Shown here: positions 18,674 through 25,743 of the stretch, piece after piece
Layout: the number at the start of each line of letters is the position of its first letter
Position numbering within the stretch: position 1 is the first letter of the stretch
DNA from: Promethearchaeota archaeon Loki_b31
GTDB taxonomy: Archaea > Asgardarchaeota > Lokiarchaeia > Sigyniarchaeales > SOKP01
Length of the DNA: 25,743 nucleotides
Direction of reading: 5' to 3'
NCBI GenBank assembly: GCA_005222975.1
Contig: NJBI01000050.1
Coordinates: 1-25,743 of the forward strand
Program-made: the position numbers and the translations under genes
The notes under the pieces: model-generated
Databases searched by the model: none
Told to the model about the DNA's origin: nothing
The model's input: the letters and a program-made list of their open reading frames with translations, nothing else

Positions 18674-19630
18674 ATGGATGAATTAAACAACCTTACTGAG
18701 GCAAATAAAGATTATTTAGCAAATCTACAAGAGGAACTAAAGCAAAAAGAAAATATTATTAACGAATTACGGGAAAGACTTTTATCAATAGAAGAAGGAT
18801 TGAAAAAGTTCGAAGATATTGACCTTAAATTGAAAATTAAAGATGATCTAATTGAAAATTTGAAGAGTTCTCTAAGCCTTAAAGATGATCAAATAAAAAC
18901 TATAAAATCCTCAATGGATTTAAAAGATGGACAAGTTGAGACACTCCACAATTCTTTAAAAATTAAAAACGAGAAAATCAAGACTTTAGAAAAGTCTATC
19001 AGTTTAAAAGAGGAACAATTGAAAGAGTTGGCTTCTTCTACGGTTGAGAAAAATTTTTTAATGGAAAAAGACGAAAAAATCGAGAAACTTCAGGAAAAAC
19101 TCAATATCTTAAATGGAGAATTAGAAAAAGCAGATGAAGATTTAGAAGCGCTAGAGACGGAAAATGAGAGGTTAAGAAATAACCTGGCTTCGGCATCTGG
19201 TCCTAAAATTGTAGACTGGACAGACATAGAGATTTCTAAGGCAGATATTTTGAAAAAAATGAGAGATATACTAAGTAAAGCATTACATAACATAACTATA
19301 GCTGTTCCCGACATTAAGGACTTGCAAGAGCTACATTTATATGAGGTACGATCGTCTGTTAATATGAAGGTCTCTTGTTCAATTGACCCCAGTCTTGAAG
19401 ATGATGCTGAACTTTTAGAAGAATTTGGAAGTCTAGATAATATCTCAATAAGATTATACGATCAGAAAGATAGATTTGTTATCGATCGTGATGGAGAGGA
19501 ATTATTATTTGCAATTATTGGAAAAAACAAAAATAACAATTTAGTTATCCATACAAGAGACTCTAAACATCAAAGATTGCTAAGGAGCTTAGTTATGGAA
19601 GGATGGCTACGCTCACGAAAAATTGATTAA
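18674..19630 (+). CDS. Coiled-coil protein with 14-aa repeats and a C-terminal globular (TrmB/PLD-fold-like) domain
   Basis: The N-terminal ~175 aa are heptad-rich. The C-terminal DILKKMRDILSKALHNITIAVP..VIDRDGEELLFA resembles the TrmB effector-binding/PLD-like fold and has no HKD motif; the fold call is inference. Confidence 0.7.
   Translation: MDELNNLTEANKDYLANLQEELKQKENIINELRERLLSIEEGLKKFEDIDLKLKIKDDLIENLKSSLSLKDDQIKTIKSSMDLKDGQVETLHNSLKIKNEKIKTLEKSISLKEEQLKELASSTVEKNFLMEKDEKIEKLQEKLNILNGELEKADEDLEALETENERLRNNLASASGPKIVDWTDIEISKADILKKMRDILSKALHNITIAVPDIKDLQELHLYEVRSSVNMKVSCSIDPSLEDDAELLEEFGSLDNISIRLYDQKDRFVIDRDGEELLFAIIGKNKNNNLVIHTRDSKHQRLLRSLVMEGWLRSRKID
18830..19039 (+). repeat. Five degenerate tandem 42-nt (14-aa) coding repeats
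   Basis: LKIKDDLIENLKSS / LSLKDDQIKTIKSS / MDLKDGQVETLHNS / LKIKNEKIKTLEKS / ISLKEEQLKELASS. Confidence 0.8.
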
Positions 19631-19685
19631 AGCTTTTAATTTAATGTGGTTTTTATCTGATGTACAAAACCATCTCATATTTTAA

Positions 19686-20546
19686 TCAAATTTCTATAAA
19701 TGATCTTTTTCTTTTATTGTAATGTGCAAGCTGATTATAACCAATATTTTTTAATAAATCAATTATATATTTAAATTCATAAGCTATTTCATCAATTTGG
19801 TGTGCATCTGAACCTAACAAAACGGGGATATCTAACTCGTACATTTTTTCAATAATCTCAACACTCGGATATTGTTCTCTAATTTTTTTTCTCAAACCAC
19901 TAGAATTAATTTCTATGGCTAAATCTCTCTTTTTTGCTAGTTCAAGAGTCTCTACTACTTTTTCCATGATAAGATCGTATGTTTCAGCCCTTTTATCGAA
20001 TTTTTTGGGTAAATCAAAGTGACTTACAATGTCAAAATCAAATTTTTTTGATTTAATCATATCTTGTAGGGTGTTGTAAAACTCAAGATAAATCTCATCG
20101 TTATTATCGTAAACCTTATACTTATTTAGAAATCGACCATCATCAAAAGCAAAAATACCTGCCTTTCCAAACAATATATGAACAGATCCTAAAATATAGT
20201 CAAGTTTATAAATGTAATCTTTAAGATATCGATTAATAACATGTTCTTGATTCTTAAAATAATCAATTTCAAAAGCTGATTTTATTTGAATTTTGTTCTT
20301 GTATTTTTCTTTAAGATGCTCTAATTCTAAAATATATCCCTCAACTTCATCTGAGGTCATTGCATACCTTTTATATGGTATATCATCAAGAGATGATATT
20401 TCTGAGCTTAAAAACTCGTAAGGAAAATGATCACTCACTCCAATAACGTTTAAATTAAGCTCAACAGCCTTTTTAATATAATCCTCAATTGAGCCTTTTG
20501 CATGCCGACAAAGTGAGTTATGAGTGTGCCAATCTTCAAATCTCAT
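19686..20546 (-). CDS. hisK: PHP-family histidinol-phosphatase (HisJ/HisK type)
   Basis: DWHTHNSLCRHA, GVSDHFP, FEID, DYILGSVH, SHFDLPK, EINSSGLRK..YPS and GSDAH. Confidence 0.88.
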   Translation of the reverse strand: MRFEDWHTHNSLCRHAKGSIEDYIKKAVELNLNVIGVSDHFPYEFLSSEISSLDDIPYKRYAMTSDEVEGYILELEHLKEKYKNKIQIKSAFEIDYFKNQEHVINRYLKDYIYKLDYILGSVHILFGKAGIFAFDDGRFLNKYKVYDNNDEIYLEFYNTLQDMIKSKKFDFDIVSHFDLPKKFDKRAETYDLIMEKVVETLELAKKRDLAIEINSSGLRKKIREQYPSVEIIEKMYELDIPVLLGSDAHQIDEIAYEFKYIIDLLKNIGYNQLAHYNKRKRSFIEI

Positions 20547-20626
20547 TTTAAAGGTATCCGAAATTTATAAAATTATTCTAATATTTGACACTATTAAATA
20601 AATTAGATAAATTTTTTTATTATCTT

Positions 20627-21453
20627 ATGGTGAAAAATTACTGGAATTTAAAGAAAAACAATATGACGGCATATACGAGGTATCTGAGGTTGAAATACAT
20701 AACCAAAATCAAATCTTTAAAGGTATACTTTATTTTCCTCCAGCAACTTTTCATAAACCTTATCCATTAATAATTTATTTCCACGGTTTCCCACAATTAT
20801 TTGGGTTAAAAGAAATCGTTAAAGACCACCAATATCTTTTAGACATGGGTTATTCCTTTCTAGTTTTTAATTTCAGAGGATATAGATCTAGTCAAGGGGA
20901 AGTTTCTATTACATCTCAAGTGTCAGATTCCATTAAAATTATCGAATTTGTCATAAAAATGGCAGAAAGAAATGTATTTAACTTAAACAGCGTAAATCTT
21001 CTTGCTCATGATTTTGGAGCGTACGTAGCGCTCATTCTAAATTCAAAAATAAACTTTTTAAATAGAATGTTGTTAATAAGTCCAATTATTAATTTAGAAA
21101 AACATGTGTATCATATTGATTTCTCAAAATCTTTGCGTTATATAAACCAATTTCTTCCAGGAAATGTAAAGGGAATAGAAAATGTAGATGAGTTTATTAA
21201 GAAAACTAAAAACGAATTAAAAACCAAGAGTTACCAAATAAAAGAAGTGTTAAAACAACTTAACTGTAAAACTTTAAGAATTGTAATTGGCAATTTAGAT
21301 AAAATAACTCCTGTTAATGAAATTACTGAAATTGTTCAAAACTCAATAAACAATTTAGACCTCGTAATTATTGATAACATGGATCACGAAATTATTCAAG
21401 AAGAAGAGGTTGAAAAAATTCACGAAGAGATCAAGAATTTCTTCAAATTTTAA
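20627..21453 (+). CDS. Alpha/beta hydrolase with an apparent 1-nt frameshift just after the start codon (or a non-canonical start)
   Basis: The frame of track ORF 20845..21453 is open back to 20611 and encodes GILYFP..PLIIYFHGFP, followed by FNFRGYRSSQG, AHDFGA, GNLDKIT and MDH. The only nearby ATG (20627) is out of frame by one base at the A5 run 20633-20637. Confidence 0.72.
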
Positions 21454-21561
21454 TTTCAATAACAAACAATTAATATTGTTTTTAAAATATGAAGCAAAAT
21501 TTTTTAAGAGTGATAAGAGTAACAATCTTACATAAGCATATATTTTATTAGGTGCGAATAG

Positions 21562-24500
21562 ATGAGTTCAATTAAAAAGTCAAAAAGTTTTAATGTTACA
21601 AAATTATTCGAATCAGACGAAAAGCTTACTTTTTTAGTGGGTGCGGGAGCTTCGATCGAAGCGCCTTCTCAATTACCATCAACTAATGATACGATGAAGG
21701 CACTAATTAAGCTTTCCTGCGCTAATTCTGAGATCGAAACAATCTTGAAATTACAAAATCTGAGGTTTGAGGTTTTAGTAGGAATTATTCACAAATCGAT
21801 TGAGGACGATTTTCGATTTCTAAACTTTTTTACAAAAAGCGATAAACCCAATCTTGAGCATTTTGTTCTAGCTGAAATGATAAAAAAGGGAAATTATATT
21901 ATTACCAGTAACTTCGATTTTCTGTTAGAATACGCTTTGCTACAATCTAATGTTCCTAAAAAGAAGATTGTTCCTGTAATAACTAAGAAAGATTACGAAA
22001 AATTCAGTGACCCAGAAAAGTTGTATAAAAATGGAAAGATACCCGTTTATAAAATTCATGGTTCTCATAGAAACATCATCACCGGTGAAGATACGAGAAA
22101 TTCGTTTATCAATACTTTAAAATTAATTGGGCTGAACCAAACAGAGAGTAACATCGTCCAATTAGAGCCCTATAAAGCACAATTCTTAGATAAAATCTCA
22201 AACGAACGTTCACTTATAATAATTGGTTATTCTGGTAAAAATGATTTCGACCTTATGTCGACCCTTAAAATAATGAAAAATTTAAAAAATTTAATCTGGA
22301 TAAATCACATTTCAGACGGAGGATCAAAGGAAGACCTCTACGAATTTGACGCACAAAAGGGTAGTGATCTTAAAAATCTAGATAAATTGGACCAATCCTT
22401 GTTAGAAATTAAGCAATTAAATGGTTCTGTCAATGTTTTTCGATTAAATGTGAATACTTCCAAATTTCTTGAGAAATTCTTTAAGGAAAAAGAAAAATTA
22501 AGTAAAGATAAATTTTCTATTGACTTAATGGAATGGTTTAAAACTAACATTGATGAACCCAACGAATTAACTAAGTTGTTTATATCTAATAAAATCTACT
22601 TTGAGACTAAAAACTATACCGATGCTTTAAGGTGTTTAGAAAGAATTTTTCGGATAAGTGAAGATTCGGGAAATACCCAATGGAAAGCATTTGCTCTTAT
22701 GGAAATGGGAATTATCAACTATGTTCAATTAAATTATAGCGATGCTTTAGAATGGTTGCGTAAATCCTTACAAGTTCAGCTAAAATTAAAAGCCTTTCCT
22801 CAACGAACTTCAATTTTTAAATATATTGCCCTAATTCACCAAGCTCAGAAAAATTATTCTGAGGCTTTACAAAATTTTGAATTTGCTTTAAAGGAAAACG
22901 AACGAATTAAAGATTTTTATGAAAAATCTAAATTATACAAACATATTGGTATTAATCATCAATATCAAGAGAAATATCAGGATGCTCTAAAGTATTTCGA
23001 AGCTGCAATTAAAATTAATGACAGGCTTGAAAATCTTAGCGAAAAAATGTTTAATTACAAGCAAATAGGGAAAATTTACTATTCAAAAAAGAATTTTAAC
23101 GAGGCACTTAAATATTTTAATGAAGCTTTGAAACTTAGCGAGCAATTTGAAAACCTTGAAGATAAAGCAGAAAATCTTAATTTCTTAGGGCGTATATTTC
23201 ATGAAATGGGCGATTCCCTAAATGGTTTGGATAAGTGTAACGAAGCTTTGAGGATTTATGATCGGTTAAAAAATTATGAAGGGAAATTGGATTCTCTAAA
23301 TTATTTAGGGATAATTTACAGAGATCAGTGGAATTACATCAAAGCTCTAGATTATTTTGAGGATGGGTTTCAAATTGCTGAAAACTTGGGGAAAATCGAG
23401 TTAAAAGCCAACTTCTCAAACCAAATAGGTACAATTTTCCAAAATCAAGATAAATATTCTGAAGCGCTAAAATGGTTTGAAGATTCTTTAAAACTCTTTG
23501 ATCAGGCAGGAGACCTTAAAGGGAAAGTAGATGTGTTAAAAAAAATAGGACTTATACATAAAGGGCAAAAAATGTATCTAAAAGCTTTAAGACGATTTGA
23601 AAAGGCATTAGAGATATTTGAGCGCCTTGAAGATTTAAACAGTAAAGCCTCCACTCTTAATGTCATAGGACAAATTTATCTGGACCAAAGAAAGTTTTTA
23701 GAGTCACTTAGAAATTTTCAAGAAGCTCTTAAAATTTGTGGAGAAACAGAAAACCTTGAAGGAAATGCTGACACTTTGAAAAATATTGGAAATTTCTATG
23801 CCGAACAAGCAAATTTCAAAGAAGCTTTGAGTATGTATAAGAATGCCCTAGATGTTGTTAATAAATTAGGCAAAAAAGGGAAAAAGGCTGAATTACTTAA
23901 CAAGATAGGATCTATTTTCCAAGATCAGGGTGTGTATTCTCAAGCTATGGAAAAATTTGAAGAATCGCTTGAAATCTTCAATCAGGAAAATAATATGGAA
24001 GGGAGAATTGAAAGTCTTCATTTGATTGGTATAAACTACCATTATTTAGGACAAGATAATGAAGCTTTAAAGGTATTTGAAGAGGCAGTTCAAATTGCTG
24101 AGCAAATTGGAAATCTACACAAAAAAGCACTCTGTCTTAACATTATAGGTGATATATTTCGAGAAAAATGGGATTATGTTGAGGCTTTAAAACGCTATGA
24201 AGAGGCTTTACTGATAGCGGATGAATTAGACCATCTTGATGAACAAATTCAAATACTTATTATTATTAGCAAAATATATCAAGCCCAAAAGCATTATCCA
24301 GAAGCTATAAGACATTATAACGAAGCAGTCTATGTTTCAGAAAGTATAGGAAATCTTGAAACCAAAGCGGATATCTTCACAAGTATAGGGGATATCTATT
24401 TTGACGAGGATAATTTTCCAGAAGCGTTAAAAATGTACGAAGCAGCGTTAAAAATTGACGATCAACTAGGAAATGCGAAAGGGAAAGCACAAAGGCTTCT

Positions 24501-25617
24501 ATGTATTGGTAATGTTTTCTTGGTTCATAAGAAATACAATGACGTATTAAAAAAATATAGGGAAGCGTTAGAAATCGAAGAACAACTAGGAAATTTAACT
24601 AATGAAGCTGCAATTATACGAAAAATTGGGGATATTTATAGGGTTCAAGAGCATTTCAATGAGGCTCTAAAGTGGTACGAAGATGCTTATAAATTATTCG
24701 ATGAAATTGAGAATCTAGAAGGTAACGCTGATTGTTTTGAGAGCATAGGTTCAATTTATCAAAATTTAGATAACTATCCTGAAGCATTGAAGTGGTATAG
24801 CGAATCTCTTAAGATAGCCACACAAATTTATGACGATGACAGGAAAGCACAAATTCTTTGTAAAGTAGGTGTTATTTTCCACGAGCAAGGTATATATAAA
24901 GATGCTTTTAAACGTTATAATCTCGCTCTTGATTTATTTGATAAAAGAGGAGACTTGATCGGTAAAACATATTGTTTAAATAAAATTGGGTTAGTGTATC
25001 AAGATCGAGGTGATTACAACCAAGCTCTTAAGTGGTACGATCGAGGAACAAAACTGTTTAAAGTTTTAGGACCATCAAATGAGAGAGCCGAAAATCTTTA
25101 TAACACGGCTATGATTTACCGCGACCAAGGATTGTACCTTGACGCTTTAAAAACTTTTGAACAATCTTTAAAAATAGACGAAGAGTTAAACAATCTTTCT
25201 AGAAAGGCAGAAAGTCTTAACAACATAGGGTTGATATATTTAGACGAAGGCAATTATCCCGTTGCGTTAAAACGTTTCGAGGAGGCTTCGAAAATAGCTG
25301 ATAAAAACGATGATAAGAAGAAGAAAGCTCAATATATTAATAATATAGGTTTAACTTATCTCAATCAAGGGAAATATGCTGATGCGTGGAAAAGCTGTAA
25401 TAAAGCCCTTAAAATATTCGAGGATATTGAAAACAGTGAGGGAATAGCAGACAGTCAATATAAATTAGGATTAACATATTTAGAACAAAAATCTTATATG
25501 GAAGCTTTAAAAATTCATGAAAATGCGCTTAATACGCTTATTCAGAGTGGTACAGGAAAAGTCCCTTTAGCAAAAGTTCTTAAGAGCAATATAAGATTGA
25601 TTAAAAGTAAAATATAA
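21562..25617 (+). CDS. SIR2-like domain protein with long TPR array
   Basis: FLVGAGAS..LP, ITSNFD, KIHGS and IIGYSGKNDFD in the first ~250 aa, then ~25 TPR-like units. Confidence 0.9.
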   Translation: MSSIKKSKSFNVTKLFESDEKLTFLVGAGASIEAPSQLPSTNDTMKALIKLSCANSEIETILKLQNLRFEVLVGIIHKSIEDDFRFLNFFTKSDKPNLEHFVLAEMIKKGNYIITSNFDFLLEYALLQSNVPKKKIVPVITKKDYEKFSDPEKLYKNGKIPVYKIHGSHRNIITGEDTRNSFINTLKLIGLNQTESNIVQLEPYKAQFLDKISNERSLIIIGYSGKNDFDLMSTLKIMKNLKNLIWINHISDGGSKEDLYEFDAQKGSDLKNLDKLDQSLLEIKQLNGSVNVFRLNVNTSKFLEKFFKEKEKLSKDKFSIDLMEWFKTNIDEPNELTKLFISNKIYFETKNYTDALRCLERIFRISEDSGNTQWKAFALMEMGIINYVQLNYSDALEWLRKSLQVQLKLKAFPQRTSIFKYIALIHQAQKNYSEALQNFEFALKENERIKDFYEKSKLYKHIGINHQYQEKYQDALKYFEAAIKINDRLENLSEKMFNYKQIGKIYYSKKNFNEALKYFNEALKLSEQFENLEDKAENLNFLGRIFHEMGDSLNGLDKCNEALRIYDRLKNYEGKLDSLNYLGIIYRDQWNYIKALDYFEDGFQIAENLGKIELKANFSNQIGTIFQNQDKYSEALKWFEDSLKLFDQAGDLKGKVDVLKKIGLIHKGQKMYLKALRRFEKALEIFERLEDLNSKASTLNVIGQIYLDQRKFLESLRNFQEALKICGETENLEGNADTLKNIGNFYAEQANFKEALSMYKNALDVVNKLGKKGKKAELLNKIGSIFQDQGVYSQAMEKFEESLEIFNQENNMEGRIESLHLIGINYHYLGQDNEALKVFEEAVQIAEQIGNLHKKALCLNIIGDIFREKWDYVEALKRYEEALLIADELDHLDEQIQILIIISKIYQAQKHYPEAIRHYNEAVYVSESIGNLETKADIFTSIGDIYFDEDNFPEALKMYEAALKIDDQLGNAKGKAQRLLCIGNVFLVHKKYNDVLKKYREALEIEEQLGNLTNEAAIIRKIGDIYRVQEHFNEALKWYEDAYKLFDEIENLEGNADCFESIGSIYQNLDNYPEALKWYSESLKIATQIYDDDRKAQILCKVGVIFHEQGIYKDAFKRYNLALDLFDKRGDLIGKTYCLNKIGLVYQDRGDYNQALKWYDRGTKLFKVLGPSNERAENLYNTAMIYRDQGLYLDALKTFEQSLKIDEELNNLSRKAESLNNIGLIYLDEGNYPVALKRFEEASKIADKNDDKKKKAQYINNIGLTYLNQGKYADAWKSCNKALKIFEDIENSEGIADSQYKLGLTYLEQKSYMEALKIHENALNTLIQSGTGKVPLAKVLKSNIRLIKSKI
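22681..25560 (+). repeat. 24 consecutive 40-aa TPR-like coding repeats, with one more degenerate unit upstream
   Basis: Regular 120-nt register of xKA..L..IG..Y.....Y..AL..(F/Y)E.AL.I units from WKAFALMEMG to GIADSQYKLG. Confidence 0.88.
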
Positions 25618-25649
25618 CGAAGTTTTAAGTCTGTTTTATTTCTTTAATT

Positions 25650-25742
25650 CTATTTTTTTCTTTTAATTCCTATTTCTTTTTCTTTTATTTGATCTTTTTT
25701 AACTTTACTACTAACCTTTGGTATTACCATATCGTATAAAAT
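25650..25742 (-). CDS. Possible 3' end of a convergent gene running off the window
   Basis: An open frame on the minus strand reads ILYDMVIPKVSSKVKKDQIKEKEIGIKRKK*. It is short and low-complexity. Confidence 0.3.
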   Translation of the reverse strand: MLYDMVIPKVSSKVKKDQIKEKEIGIKRKK

Positions 25743-25743
25743 G

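Noticed and set aside
20585-20770. 61-aa + strand ORF as an independent gene
   Set aside because: It overlaps the hydrolase N-terminal coding region in another frame and is best explained as the out-of-frame continuation of the hydrolase start.
12969-22562. Short ORFs 12969..13199, 16506..16793, 17370..17633, 17620..17805, 19090..19314 and 22338..22562
   Set aside because: Each overlaps a well-supported gene on the opposite strand and has no recognisable features.
18830-25560. Periodic sequence as a CRISPR array or DNA repeat element
   Set aside because: The 42-nt and 120-nt periodicities are degenerate protein-level repeats inside ORFs. There are no identical repeats with unique spacers and no cas genes.

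Overview
AT-rich, gene-dense archaeal window, most consistent with an Asgard archaeon (Lokiarchaeia-like). This is inferred from three JAMM/MPN proteins, a tandem roadblock protein, a very long TPR array and several small Zn-ribbon proteins. The main result is a ChlI/ChlD-like AAA+/vWA gene (13353-15595) that the ORF track splits in two. It is interrupted inside its conserved MNPEEGELRPQ motif by a 32-nt hairpin insertion (13924-13955) whose ends fold into a relaxed bulge-helix-bulge. Cutting at the canonical tRNA-splicing-endonuclease positions removes exactly these 32 nt and restores a 736-aa protein, so this is a candidate BHB-type mRNA intron. Other notable items are an adjacent intact/degenerate MPN + coiled-coil gene pair near a canonical Rpn11-like JAMM gene, a coupled two-gene module encoding a 955-aa TFIIB-like/double-HNH/winged-helix protein, a SIR2-like + ~25xTPR protein, an unlisted 56-aa Zn-ribbon ORF, and an Asp-nucleophile alpha/beta hydrolase with an apparent 5' frameshift. 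I saw no rRNA, tRNA, CRISPR array or transposase. All family calls come from motif recognition by eye; no searches were run.
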